Assembly (NCBI GenBank): GCA_050298055.1
Contig: JBNKTL010000007.1
Coordinates: forward strand, 66,024-130,023
Source: Spirochaetota bacterium
GTDB lineage: Bacteria; Spirochaetota; UBA4802; UBA5550
DNA length: 64,000 bases
Direction of reading: 5' to 3'
The notes below the pieces were generated by a model that did no database searches, was not told where the DNA came from, and was given only the letters and a program-made list of their open reading frames with translations. Below are positions 40,969 to 51,500 of this stretch, one piece after another. Position numbers and translations under genes: made by a program. Each line of letters starts with the position of its first letter. Within the stretch, counting starts at the first letter, position 1.

Positions 40969-42279
40969 ATGGGGATTGAAAAACTCGATAAGTATATAAA
41001 CAATGAAAATCTCACGGCATACGAGAACTATACCCTGGACAATATAAGGTCTCTCCTCTCTGCATTTGGAGATCCCCAGGACTCATTGAACATCATACAC
41101 ATTGCCGGGACAAATGGCAAGGGTTCGGTGGCCTTTATGCTGAACAGCATATTAATTGAATCCGGTTATAAAACAGGACTCTTTACGTCACCTCATCTTC
41201 TCAGAATTAATGAACGGATAAAGATCAACAACTGCGAAATATCTGATAATGACCTTGCCGGGTATACAGATGAGAGCTGCGAAGTCATAGAAAAGCATGT
41301 AGGGATGGAGCCGACTTTTTTTGATATCATTACCCAGATCGCGTTGAAGTACTTCAGGGACAGGGGAACCGAAATTGTTATTCTGGAAACAGGGCTCGGG
41401 GGAAAGCTTGACTCTACAAATGTGGTGAAACCCCTTGTCTCAATTATTACCGATATATCCCTTGATCATACTTCAACTCTTGGCGATAATATTAACAGTA
41501 TAGTCTCTGAGAAAGCAGGGATAATTAAAGAGATGACACCTGTGGTTACAACAAATATAAACAACAATACAGTTAAACTCCTTGCAGACAGGGCCGCGGA
41601 AATGGGTGCTGATTTTTTCTCCTGCAACAGGGATTTCAGGGCAGAGAATATAGGACAGTCAGGAAGAACTCTCTCATATGATTACAGCTTTGAAAACGAA
41701 AAAATCAGGAAAAAACTGGAAGGTGTGACTCTCAATACCTATGCTGACTTTCAGGTCAGGAACTCCTCTGCCGCAATTACCGCTCTTCTCCTTTTAGAAA
41801 AAGAATTTTCAGACATTACAGGTGATATGATTATCAGGGGATTATTGAAAGCAGAAATTCCGGGAAGGTTCCAGGTCCTTTCCGAAGACCCGTTAATTAT
41901 CTTTGATCCTGCTCATAACCGGGAAGCTCTCACGGGTATTACCGGAATATTAAAAAAACACTTTGCTTCAAGAAAAATTACCGTTATTGTATCCCTGATG
42001 AAGGACAAGGATTACATTAAAATACTTGATACCATAAATGAATTAACCGGAAATATCATATATCTTCAGCAGGATGATCCCAGGGGATACAGGCCGTCCG
42101 AAGAGAATGACTACAAGAAGATCCCGGTCATTGTCGAAACGAAGAATGAGTTATTAAAAGAGCTTAAAAAGGCCTATGAAAAGGACGGTCTTTTTTTCTT
42201 TACCGGTTCTTTCAGGCTCTACAGGCTTGCATCTGAGTGTGCTGAAGAATTTAATAATCAGGGTGCCGGTAGTTTATGA
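40969..42279 (+). CDS. folC: Folylpolyglutamate/dihydrofolate synthase
   Basis: HIAGTNGKGS, TSPHL..NERI, ETGLGGKLDSTN, EKAGIIK, PGRFQ, D.AHN. Confidence 0.93.
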   Translation: MGIEKLDKYINNENLTAYENYTLDNIRSLLSAFGDPQDSLNIIHIAGTNGKGSVAFMLNSILIESGYKTGLFTSPHLLRINERIKINNCEISDNDLAGYTDESCEVIEKHVGMEPTFFDIITQIALKYFRDRGTEIVILETGLGGKLDSTNVVKPLVSIITDISLDHTSTLGDNINSIVSEKAGIIKEMTPVVTTNINNNTVKLLADRAAEMGADFFSCNRDFRAENIGQSGRTLSYDYSFENEKIRKKLEGVTLNTYADFQVRNSSAAITALLLLEKEFSDITGDMIIRGLLKAEIPGRFQVLSEDPLIIFDPAHNREALTGITGILKKHFASRKITVIVSLMKDKDYIKILDTINELTGNIIYLQQDDPRGYRPSEENDYKKIPVIVETKNELLKELKKAYEKDGLFFFTGSFRLYRLASECAEEFNNQGAGSL

Positions 42280-43238
42280 ATAGTGATCAACTAAAAGAAC
42301 TGCTTCTGGAAACAAGAGATGCGCTTAAAAAAAATCTCGATGGATCGGAAAGCAGAGAAGAAACAGCTGAGAGATATAAACGGATACATGAAAAATTCAC
42401 AGCTGTGAGTGAGAGCGTGGTGCCTCATGATGATGCCAGTATCATCAAAGGGCTCCTCCTCTGCAACAATTCTGATAATTTCGCTAAACTAACAGCTCTC
42501 CATTCCTTTGATAACGGCTCATTCACCCTGGTTGACCACTCTGGAGACAGTAAACTTCTTGGCGGACTTCAGGAAATACTTAAAAAGGAAATTGATCTGA
42601 AATCCGGCAAAGACTACTTTGAGGTAAAAATTACAGAAAAAGAGAATCTTCTCTACATGCTTTACTGCTCGGTGGAAAAAATCGAAGACCGAACGGTTTT
42701 ATTGTCCACAATCAGTTCTTCACACTATTTTGAAAAAAGCATGTTTATTCATGCATCAGGTATCATTGGGAAACTGTTCAGTTTGAACAGCAAGTTTAAC
42801 CCCTTACCAGCTATTGATTTTTTTTCAGATATGCTTGATGAAATAGACAAAACCATCAGGGAAATGATTGATTCGGGAACCGGGTTACTCGGGCATTATT
42901 ATATTTGCAAAAGCATAGAAGACATATTTAAAGATTCATCATTTTCGACCTATTCAGATTTAACAGGCGTTATCATAAACCTGCTTAAAAACCACCACGG
43001 GAATGAATCAAAGATCTTCATCCTTTCACTGACACGTTTTTTTGTGCTGGAGACCTTCACGAAAGATCATGAAGAGACCAATTATCTCAAGGGAAAGGTG
43101 AACATCATCTTCAATGAACTCCCCCTGCCCTATGAATTCATTATACTTGATCTCAGCGATTATACCTCTATACAGAACCTGTGGGAGAAAATGTCCCTTT
43201 TTACCCGGTATGTTATGCAGGGAGATGTTTCTCCATGA
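42276..43238 (+). CDS. Hypothetical protein
   Basis: 320 aa ORF with ATGA overlaps on both sides; no motif recognised with confidence. Confidence 0.7.
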   Translation: MNSDQLKELLLETRDALKKNLDGSESREETAERYKRIHEKFTAVSESVVPHDDASIIKGLLLCNNSDNFAKLTALHSFDNGSFTLVDHSGDSKLLGGLQEILKKEIDLKSGKDYFEVKITEKENLLYMLYCSVEKIEDRTVLLSTISSSHYFEKSMFIHASGIIGKLFSLNSKFNPLPAIDFFSDMLDEIDKTIREMIDSGTGLLGHYYICKSIEDIFKDSSFSTYSDLTGVIINLLKNHHGNESKIFILSLTRFFVLETFTKDHEETNYLKGKVNIIFNELPLPYEFIILDLSDYTSIQNLWEKMSLFTRYVMQGDVSP

Positions 43239-43744
43239 GACGCGCCCAGGTTGTTGTCATTGGCGCTTCAGATGACACTACCCATAAAGAAGAAGCATAT
43301 CGTATTGGAGCACTGGTTGCAGAAAGAAACTGCACACTGCTTACCGGAGGCAGAGGCGGGATCATGGAGGCTGCTTCCCGGGGTGCTGCTGAAAATGGGG
43401 GTGAAGTAATCGGCATAATTCCCGGTGAGAGTTTTTCAGAAGCCAACAGGTACTGTACAACAGTTATCAATACCGGTATAGGCTATGCCAGGAATAGTAT
43501 TAATATCCTTTCAGGTGATATAATTATTGCGGTAGGCGGAAAATCCGGAACACTTACTGAACTTGCCTATGCGTGGCAGTTTAATAAACCTGTAATCTGC
43601 TGTATGTTTGCAGACGGCTGGAGCAGCAGGTTTCCCGGCATAAAAGTCGATGACAGACCGGGTTCGGTTATTTATGAGGCGGATAGCCCGGACCAGGTTG
43701 CTGTTTACCTGGATGAATTCCTGGGGCAGTTTAAATCAATGTGA
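43235..43744 (+). CDS. LOG/SLOG family protein (TIGR00725-like)
   Basis: TGGRGGIMEAASRGA, GIGYARN, GG.SGTL.E; start set at MRRAQ. Confidence 0.88.
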   Translation: MRRAQVVVIGASDDTTHKEEAYRIGALVAERNCTLLTGGRGGIMEAASRGAAENGGEVIGIIPGESFSEANRYCTTVINTGIGYARNSINILSGDIIIAVGGKSGTLTELAYAWQFNKPVICCMFADGWSSRFPGIKVDDRPGSVIYEADSPDQVAVYLDEFLGQFKSM

Positions 43745-43757
43745 ACAGCTCTCCGGG

Positions 43758-45905
43758 TTACAGGAGTTCTTCATCACTTTTTATTTTTATCCCCATTGGA
43801 TTATCTACGGCATCATCATTCCATATTTTCTTAATAACATTTTTTATTTTCTGAACAGGATTTTTCTGCATTGTATACTCGGAAACGCAGAGTGGATCTG
43901 AAAAGTTTATATTTACCGAATTCTTCATATGGGAGAGAAGGGAAAAGTCTTTTCCTGTTTCAATCTCCGGTTTATCTATATAGGATATTTCAATGGGCAC
44001 AAGGACTATCTCAACCGTATGCCGGTAGATCGATTCAAGGATAATTTCAAAAAAATCATCAGGCACCGTTGTAATCCTGCTATTCGGATCGGGATTATTC
44101 TGAGGGAAATAGAGAACAGGTACGCCATGCTCTACCATAACAGAAATATATTCGCTCAGGGTTTCCTTATAGATAATATTTGACAGCCTGTCCGGATCAA
44201 CAATAAAACCCCCTGCAAGCTTTATAAGAAGTTTGTTCCTGGCAGAAGTAAAGATCTCCCTGTTAACGAAAAACCTGGGGAAAGGAAGACCCATTTTATT
44301 AATTGCATGAACAGCAATAAGGAAATCGTGAAGGTTCCTGAATGTGGGTAGATAGATAATGTTGGCCGATTTATCGATGTTCCTGATTTTATCGATCTTT
44401 CCGGTAATAACAAAATTCCCCCTTCTCATGGATATTTTTTTGAAAATATTACCCAGCTGAATATACCTGAGGAAAAACCAGTTAATAAATGAATTAAAGT
44501 TATCTGTTATGCTTGAAGAGTAGATTTTTGCCAGAGACTTGATACTCTTTTGCAGATCATTTTCACTAATATTATCCAGAATTTTTGCTTCGGTCTTTTT
44601 AAGTTTCCTGTTTTTTGTTTCTGAGAATTCCTTTGTAAACTCATTCAGGTTTGAGAGAGTTTCTTCAATAGTGTAGCTGAAAACGCCATTTGTGGTTTTT
44701 CTGTTGGTAAATTTGTCCACAATCCTGTCTGTAATGATCCTGTTGTAGACATGACCTTTGACTTTCTCAAGTCCTTTTTTCCTGTCGGAGATGAGGATCT
44801 TTGTTTCACTGTAGAGCTGTTCAAATTTTTCCGGATTTTTTATCGTTTCGATCAGGAGGGTCGGATCTTTCTTGTTAAGCAGGACCTCATGAAGAGAACG
44901 GTAAACGGGAATAGGAACTTTGTGCTGTCTTGCAAGTTCTATTAATGGCTCAATGGCAAAAGCACCTTCAGCAAGATAATTTACCTTTTTACTTAACTTT
45001 TCAATTATATCTTCCGGCCTGAACCTGAGTACAAGTTTTTCAAAAATATCGAGATTTTTCTTGTTTTTAATTATCTGGTTTGATATCTCAATACCGAACC
45101 TTCTGTTTCTGCTGTGATCGCTTAATGCAGTAGCAACAAGATCACCGAGACCCGAAATATCGATTATTGTTTCATCTTTTGCATTGAATATTCTGCCAAG
45201 ACGAATCATCTCCTTCAATGCTTCGGAAATTAACGCTCCCGAAAGGTTGTCACCACATTTCGGCATTACAGATATCATTCCTGCGGCTATGGCAGCAGGA
45301 TTTTTCAGTGTACCGCCGACTTCCACACCCAGTATGTCATCCGTCTCCCTGCACTGCAGAAAATCGTTGGAAAAAAGCTTACTGAGAATCTTTCGAGAAT
45401 GACCGACACTCCCGGCAATGTTGAGACATGTATGGAACCTGTTAATAACTTCTTCGGCATGGCTTGGACCGTATATTGCCAGTACTTTCCCTTTCAGCTT
45501 CGGTATTGTGTTTTCAACAGTCTGTGAAATGGTGAAGACCTTGTTGTTTACTTTGCAGAACCCTTTTGTCATTACAGAAAAGATCGTATTATCTGTAACA
45601 TATTTATTCAGCTTCTGGGATATTTCGGGTACAACTTTTGAGGGAGTATTCAGTATAATAATATGAGAATCCTGTGCTACTTCCCTGATACTACTTGAGG
45701 GAAATATATTTTTAGGGAGGAGAACACCCGGCAGGTACTGTGAATTCTCTCTCCTGTTGCGGATAGAGTTTACAACAGATTTCTCATAAACCCAGATTTT
45801 TACCTGGTAGTCCGGATTATTTTCCGCGAGAATGACTGCTGTTGCGGTCCCCCATGAGCCCCCGCCGATAATTGAAATAATTTTCTGTTTAATTGTCTGA
45901 GCCAT
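43758..45905 (-). CDS. gpsA: NAD(P)H glycerol-3-phosphate dehydrogenase fused to degenerate PlsB-like acyltransferase domain
   Basis: GGGSWGTA, TKG, GPSHAEEV, GGTLKN, GLGDL..T....SRN, EG; C-terminal acyltransferase-like blocks. Confidence 0.88.
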   Translation of the reverse strand: MAQTIKQKIISIIGGGSWGTATAVILAENNPDYQVKIWVYEKSVVNSIRNRRENSQYLPGVLLPKNIFPSSSIREVAQDSHIIILNTPSKVVPEISQKLNKYVTDNTIFSVMTKGFCKVNNKVFTISQTVENTIPKLKGKVLAIYGPSHAEEVINRFHTCLNIAGSVGHSRKILSKLFSNDFLQCRETDDILGVEVGGTLKNPAAIAAGMISVMPKCGDNLSGALISEALKEMIRLGRIFNAKDETIIDISGLGDLVATALSDHSRNRRFGIEISNQIIKNKKNLDIFEKLVLRFRPEDIIEKLSKKVNYLAEGAFAIEPLIELARQHKVPIPVYRSLHEVLLNKKDPTLLIETIKNPEKFEQLYSETKILISDRKKGLEKVKGHVYNRIITDRIVDKFTNRKTTNGVFSYTIEETLSNLNEFTKEFSETKNRKLKKTEAKILDNISENDLQKSIKSLAKIYSSSITDNFNSFINWFFLRYIQLGNIFKKISMRRGNFVITGKIDKIRNIDKSANIIYLPTFRNLHDFLIAVHAINKMGLPFPRFFVNREIFTSARNKLLIKLAGGFIVDPDRLSNIIYKETLSEYISVMVEHGVPVLYFPQNNPDPNSRITTVPDDFFEIILESIYRHTVEIVLVPIEISYIDKPEIETGKDFSLLSHMKNSVNINFSDPLCVSEYTMQKNPVQKIKNVIKKIWNDDAVDNPMGIKIKSDEELL

Positions 45906-46015
45906 CTGTCAATAAATACATGATACCTGTCAGGTGATCTTTTCTGAGTTGTTTTTATTCTGAAATTCAGGAGAATATGAAAACCATTTTTATTTGATTT
46001 TTGAACAGTTAAACG

Positions 46016-46044
46016 AATATCCCACAAACTGTCATATTTGTCAA
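46016..46044 (-). promoter_or_regulatory. Putative sigma70 promoter of gpsA fusion
   Basis: TTGACA-17 bp-GATATT on minus strand. Confidence 0.45.
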
Positions 46045-46144
46045 ACCAATAAATTAAATCGCTTTCTGTAATTTAAAAAAGAAATAAGAATTGAATATAC
46101 CGCAGACATCCGGTATTTTTTATATTTTAAATGCTCTGCATAAA

Positions 46145-47920
46145 CTACATATAGTCCAGGTAGTCTTTAAGTTTCCTGGCTCGTGTGGGGTGCCTCAATC
46201 TTCTGAGAGCCTTGGCTTCTATCTGACGGATTCTTTCCCGGGTTACTTTGAATACATATCCTACTTCTTCCAGGGTGTGTGAATAACCGTCATCCAGTCC
46301 AAATCTCATTCGGATAACCTTCTGTTCTCTTGCAGGCAGAGTACTCAAAACTGATGAGATCTGTTCATTAAGAAGCCTGTAAGCAGCAGTGTTTGCCGGA
46401 GAGTCTATTTCCTTATCCTCAATAAAATCTCCCAGCAGTGAATCTTCCTCTTCTCCAACAGGTGTTTCAAGGGAAATGGGTTCTCTCGCGACATTTTTTA
46501 CCGCCTTTACTCGTGAAAGAGGCCATCCCAACCTGTCTGCCAGTTCCTCCGGTACAGGTTCCCTGCCGAATTCCTGCTGAAAAAGCCGTGTTTCTCTCAT
46601 AACCTTGTTTATCTGTTCAATCATATGCACAGGAACGCGTATAGTCCTTGCCTGGTCAGAGATTGCCCTGGTTATTGCCTGTCTTATCCACCAGGTTGCA
46701 TATGTTGAGAACTTGTACCCTTTCCTGTATTCAAATTTATCAACAGCTTTTATAAGACCAATATTTCCTTCCTGGATAAGGTCAAAAAAGTGCATTCCCC
46801 TGTTGGCGTATTTTTTTGCAATTGAAACCACAAGTCTCAGGTTTGCATTAATGAGTTCCTTCTTTGCAATTGAAATCTTTCTCTGCCCCTGGGATATTTG
46901 TTCACCCCAGATGAGAATCTCCTTTGCCGTTGAACCGGCCTCCTGTTCAATTCTCCGTATTTTTCTTTCATTGTTTCGTATATCCTTCACAATATCAAGA
47001 AGGTCATTTTTATCTGCCAGGTTCAGCTTTTTAAGGATTTTTTTGATATCCTCACCCTTTTCGATTTTCCGTGCATAGTGTTTTAACTCTTTCAGGTCCA
47101 TACCATATTTTTCTTCTACAAGTTCAAAGAAGAAATAGGTATCCTTTATCCTGTTTACCATGGAACGTATTTTGCTGGAGAGCTTCGATATCTCGTTCTC
47201 ATTCACACCCAGTTCATCTATGGCTTTCTTGATCTTGGTCATTGACTTGTCTATTTTGTCCTGACAGTCCTTTGCTTCTTTCGAGTCTTCATCACATTTC
47301 TTAAGCTTGCTGGTAAGTTTAAGAATCTGGTTATCTTCATTTATAATGATTTTCATTTTATCATTATACTTCTTTTCAAGGGAGCTCATGTCCACAGATG
47401 AAAAGTAGTACATCTTGTTGACCCTGAGGACATCAGTAAGTTTAATCTTTCCATTCTTGACTTTTCTGTGATTTTTGATAAATTCGTTAATGAGCAGTGT
47501 TGAATTGATAACTGCTTTTTCAATAAGGATTTCGCCTTCTTCTATCCTTCTCGCGAGATCGACCTCCTGGTCACCGGAAAGAAGAGACACTCTTCCAATT
47601 TCTCTCAGGTAGAGCCTTATGGGATCATCAATGGATGTGGTATCGTTTGATACTGCTACCTTTTTGGAACCGGCTCCTTTTTTTCCCTTTTGTGTGGTTT
47701 TCTGGGTAATTGCAGGTGATTTCCTTGTGGATTCTTCAACAACATCTATTCCCAACTGGTTAAGAAGGATAAATATTTCATCAATTTTTTCTGAATTAAG
47801 GAGTTTATCAGGAATGATATCATTTATTTCATCATAAGTAACTTCCTGGTTGGATTTTCCCAGTTCGATAAGTTTTTTTACTTCTGCTATGTTTTCAAGA
47901 ACAAGGTCATTTTTACTCAT
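46145..47920 (-). CDS. rpoD: RNA polymerase primary sigma factor
   Basis: [59 protein letters not shown]. Confidence 0.98.
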   Translation of the reverse strand: MSKNDLVLENIAEVKKLIELGKSNQEVTYDEINDIIPDKLLNSEKIDEIFILLNQLGIDVVEESTRKSPAITQKTTQKGKKGAGSKKVAVSNDTTSIDDPIRLYLREIGRVSLLSGDQEVDLARRIEEGEILIEKAVINSTLLINEFIKNHRKVKNGKIKLTDVLRVNKMYYFSSVDMSSLEKKYNDKMKIIINEDNQILKLTSKLKKCDEDSKEAKDCQDKIDKSMTKIKKAIDELGVNENEISKLSSKIRSMVNRIKDTYFFFELVEEKYGMDLKELKHYARKIEKGEDIKKILKKLNLADKNDLLDIVKDIRNNERKIRRIEQEAGSTAKEILIWGEQISQGQRKISIAKKELINANLRLVVSIAKKYANRGMHFFDLIQEGNIGLIKAVDKFEYRKGYKFSTYATWWIRQAITRAISDQARTIRVPVHMIEQINKVMRETRLFQQEFGREPVPEELADRLGWPLSRVKAVKNVAREPISLETPVGEEEDSLLGDFIEDKEIDSPANTAAYRLLNEQISSVLSTLPAREQKVIRMRFGLDDGYSHTLEEVGYVFKVTRERIRQIEAKALRRLRHPTRARKLKDYLDYM

Positions 47921-47946
47921 AGTGTATCAATTCCTGTAATTTTTTT

Positions 47947-48084
47947 TAACGACTCAGTTCTGTATGATAATAATCATATTTATAAAAAAACAGAACTAAT
48001 GTGTTCCCACCGCCTTCGGCGGCGGGAACACATTAGTTATATTTTACTAAATAGTATTATTATTAACATAAATCTGAGTAGTTA
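47947..48084 (-). repeat. Palindromic element copy D between dnaG and rpoD (core 47994-48038)
   Basis: taacgactcagttctgtatg ... aactaatgtgttcccaccgcc-ttc-ggcggcgggaacacattagtt ... ctgagtagtta. Confidence 0.85.
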
Positions 48085-48135
48085 TTTATTTCCTCAATAA
48101 ATGAGACGTTAATGATGAATCTTTTGATTGACCGG

Positions 48136-49899
48136 CTATTTTATATTATATATAAAACTGGCCAGTTTCTCTTTTTCTCTTCTTAAAATTTCAATTTCTT
48201 CCAGCAAACTGTCTTTATTTTCGGCTGTTTTTTTTACTCCTTCCACAAGCCTGTTTATCTCTTCATCTACCCTGTACAGGCGGATCTTGGAATAAATTTC
48301 GTTATATGCTATGTCGGGATTGTCAACAGAGAACTCGTTTACCAGTGATTTGTTTAAGAAATCTATATCAATTTCATCCTTTAAAAAGTCAAACATTTTA
48401 TCAACTGAAAATCCCTGTTCAGAAAAATATATTTCCAGGACGGTTCTGAACAAAATTCCCGTATCCTCATCGGTGATCTCATCAGCAGCAAAGTCAACAG
48501 ATGCTTTTTCAATAAGTTCAGGGTAGTTGCATATCAGTTTAATAAGGTCCCTGTAACTCTTCGTCAGAAAATTATGCTTCGCATCTTTATTATCGTCATA
48601 TTTTGCTTCATTAATAGTGCGACTTTTATAAAATTTATTAAAATCAGCGCGAATTGATTTTTCATTGAGATTCAGCAGATTACTTATTTTCTTAAGGTAT
48701 TCACTCTTCTCAGACTCCAGGCTGATTGAATTTACTATTGCAAAAAGTTCCTTGAGTATTTCAATTTTTCCCCTGTTCTTTACATCTTTCATAACCAGTG
48801 AAATTCTGAAATCAACCGGTTTAAGGGAAGTATCAATAATTGTCATGAATTCCCTGAGTCCCCTCTGGCTTATATAGTCGAAGGGGTCACCTTCAGGCAG
48901 GACCGCAATCCTGAGATCAGCATTGATCTCTTTGAAAAGATCAACTGATTTAAGGGCCGCGTTTACCCCTGCGGAGTCTGCATCAAAAAGAAGAACTATC
49001 TCACTGCAGTACCGTGAAATAAGCTGAACCTGGTTCAGTGTAAGTGCCGTTCCCAGCGGTGCAATGACATTGAAAAGTCCCGCCTGGTGACATCCTATGA
49101 CATCAAAATATCCCTCAACCACTATCGCCCTGTTCAACTCGGCAATATGATCCTTTGCCAGGTTAAAACCGTAGAGAATCTCCCTTTTTTTAAAAATCTC
49201 AGATTCCGGTGAATTGAGATATTTGGGCGTTCCTTCATCAATTACTCTGCCGCCAAAACCGATGATTCTTTCCTGCCTGTCAAAAATGGGAAATATTATC
49301 CTGTCCCTGAACCTGTCATAATAGTGTTTTTCCTCCCCCTTATCGGAGGAGTTTATCAGGCCGATTTTTTCAGCCGGAGAAGGATCATCCAGGTGTTTCT
49401 TAATGCTTCCCGTTAATATTCGCCACTCTCCCGGTGCATAACCCATTTTAAATTTTTCAATTGTGCTTTTTTCTATCCCCCTCCCTTTCAGGTATTCCAG
49501 ACCTCTCCTTCCTTCAGTGGAATTGAGGTAGGTGTTATAGAAATTCATAGTATAGCTGTTCAGCCTGTAATAAACATTGTTAAGAGAGCCCTGTTGTGAT
49601 TTTGACTCATTTATCTCAATTCCTGTCAAATCTGCGATAAATTTTACGCTTTCAGGAAAATCGAGCCTTTCAACCATTGAAATAAAAGAAAAAACATTAC
49701 CACTGGCCTTACAGCCAAAACAGTAAAACATCTTCTTTTCCAGTGAAACATGAAATGATGGCGTTTTTTCCTTATGAAAGGGACAGAGACCGATGAGTTT
49801 GTTCCCTTTTTTTTTAAGAGACGGCACGTATCTTTTTACAATATTCTCAATATCTGATCTTTCGCGGACAAGATCGATAGTTTCACTTGGTATAAACAA
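48136..49899 (-). CDS. dnaG: DNA primase
   Basis: CPFH.EKTPSF, CFGC, DRFRDRIIFPI, KYLNSPE, VEGYFD, FDADSAG. Confidence 0.97.
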   Translation of the reverse strand: MFIPSETIDLVRERSDIENIVKRYVPSLKKKGNKLIGLCPFHKEKTPSFHVSLEKKMFYCFGCKASGNVFSFISMVERLDFPESVKFIADLTGIEINESKSQQGSLNNVYYRLNSYTMNFYNTYLNSTEGRRGLEYLKGRGIEKSTIEKFKMGYAPGEWRILTGSIKKHLDDPSPAEKIGLINSSDKGEEKHYYDRFRDRIIFPIFDRQERIIGFGGRVIDEGTPKYLNSPESEIFKKREILYGFNLAKDHIAELNRAIVVEGYFDVIGCHQAGLFNVIAPLGTALTLNQVQLISRYCSEIVLLFDADSAGVNAALKSVDLFKEINADLRIAVLPEGDPFDYISQRGLREFMTIIDTSLKPVDFRISLVMKDVKNRGKIEILKELFAIVNSISLESEKSEYLKKISNLLNLNEKSIRADFNKFYKSRTINEAKYDDNKDAKHNFLTKSYRDLIKLICNYPELIEKASVDFAADEITDEDTGILFRTVLEIYFSEQGFSVDKMFDFLKDEIDIDFLNKSLVNEFSVDNPDIAYNEIYSKIRLYRVDEEINRLVEGVKKTAENKDSLLEEIEILRREKEKLASFIYNIK

Positions 49900-50084
49900 T
49901 ATTTCCCCGAATTATAAAAAATTATAAGCTTTTAAAAAGATAAACTGTATATGTGGTTTTTGAAGTAATTAATAAAAATATTAAATAATTAATAACAAAA
50001 AAAAAGTAAAATGTCAAGTCATATGAGAAATAATTTTTATTGGAATCTATTTTATTATATTTAGTCGATTTAAAAGATAAATGG

Positions 50085-50251
50085 TTACAACTCAGCTCTT
50101 GCAAAGTAAGTAAAAAATCTGTCATCCCGGCCGAAGCGGAGCGAAGAGCCGGGATACATTTTATTGAAAAAAATAGATTCCCGCTTTCGCGGGAATGACA
50201 ATAATTATAACTAATTAAAATGATTATATTAACTCCATAGTTGAGTAGCAA
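50085..50251. repeat. Element copy G: same end motifs around a different REP-like core (50120-50200)
   Basis: ttacaactcagctc ... tgtcatcccggc...gccgggat ... gattcccgctttcgcgggaatgaca ... catagttgagtagcaa. Confidence 0.8.
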
Positions 50252-50386
50252 TAAATTTTTAGTATAAATAGTGAAATAAAAGAGAAAATTTATTTGATAT
50301 ATAAACCTATTTGTTTAGTTTTGCCGATAATGACAATAAAACTTCTTCGAAAAAAATATTCAAAGCACTTTTTTACAGGTAGGTTT

Positions 50387-51433
50387 ATGAAAAAAATAAT
50401 ACTGGTTCTCTTTGTGTTTGGTTTCTTCTTTTTATCAGAAAAATATCTTACTCATCTTATTACAGCTGAAAACACAATTAAAGGTATTGGCAAGGATGAA
50501 AATAGGAGCAGGAAGAAACAGGATGCTCAAAATCATTCAGACTATAAGTTCCCTGAATTTTACAGGGGAATCTATTTAAATATTGCATCTGCAAAAAGCA
50601 TGAAAAAACTGCAGACCTTTGTAAAAATGGCTAAAAGTTCTTATATCAATACATTTGTCCTGGATACCCAGAGTTCAAAGTACAGGAAAAATATTGTACC
50701 AAGTGAAAATGTAAAATATCTCCTCGATAACGGGATTCACCCGGTGGCAAGGATCGTTGTATTTCCTGACGGGCTTAAATGGTGGCCGGTTTCAAAAGAG
50801 TATATAAAAAGTAAACTTGAGATCGCAGAGAGTGCGTGTATTGCCGGTTTCAGGGAGATACAATTTGATTATATTCGCTTTAACGATTCATCACGGAACA
50901 GGCATCTTACATTAACGAAAAGGTATGCATTTATTGAAGGTTTTCTTGCCAGGGCACGGGAGCATCTGAAAAAATATAATGTAAAGATTGCCGCTGATAT
51001 TTTCGGCAGAATTCCCCTGAACAGGAAAGACCTCATTGGTCAGAGGATGGAGGGACTGGACAGGGTTGTTGATATTATCTGCCCCATGGCCTACCCTTCA
51101 CACTACACATGGAGCAGAAAATACTACGCCAATCCCTATTATACAGTTCTCAAAACATCACAGAGTGCCCGGAAAAGGGCAAAAAACTCTGATATTGTTT
51201 CATATATACAGGCATTCAGGATGAAGCTTTCAGGTATCCCCTTTACAAAATATATAAAAGATCAGTTAAAGGCTGTCCACGATGCAAAGATCAAAGGCTT
51301 CTTCTTCTGGAATGCAAGACAGCAGTACAGCATTCCTCTCAGGGTGACACGGGACTTTTATTCTCAAAAGGAGAAGGTTACAAGAAGAGAGGGAGAACCT
51401 GTTGAAAAGAGGAAAGGGGACAGCAGCATATAA
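50387..51433 (+). CDS. Putative glycoside hydrolase (DUF4015-like TIM barrel), exported
   Basis: RGIY, ARIVVF.D, GF.EIQFDYIRF, ADIFG, ICPMAYPSHY, YIQAF, WNA; start set at MKKI. Confidence 0.8.
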   Translation: MKKIILVLFVFGFFFLSEKYLTHLITAENTIKGIGKDENRSRKKQDAQNHSDYKFPEFYRGIYLNIASAKSMKKLQTFVKMAKSSYINTFVLDTQSSKYRKNIVPSENVKYLLDNGIHPVARIVVFPDGLKWWPVSKEYIKSKLEIAESACIAGFREIQFDYIRFNDSSRNRHLTLTKRYAFIEGFLARAREHLKKYNVKIAADIFGRIPLNRKDLIGQRMEGLDRVVDIICPMAYPSHYTWSRKYYANPYYTVLKTSQSARKRAKNSDIVSYIQAFRMKLSGIPFTKYIKDQLKAVHDAKIKGFFFWNARQQYSIPLRVTRDFYSQKEKVTRREGEPVEKRKGDSSI

Positions 51434-51500
51434 TATCAGTGTTTTGTACAGCTGCCATTTCCTGTTTGCGTTTCCCGTTAAATGATGACGTTTTTTTTTA

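Noticed and set aside
42276..43238. Degenerate GGDEF domain in the hypothetical protein
   Set aside because: Only a vague pattern (IFILSLTRFFVL); not supportable without a profile search.
49922..50251. 109 aa minus-strand ORF
   Set aside because: It is a translation of repeat G (CHSRESGN, IPALRSASAGMT) and AT-rich spacer; probably spurious.
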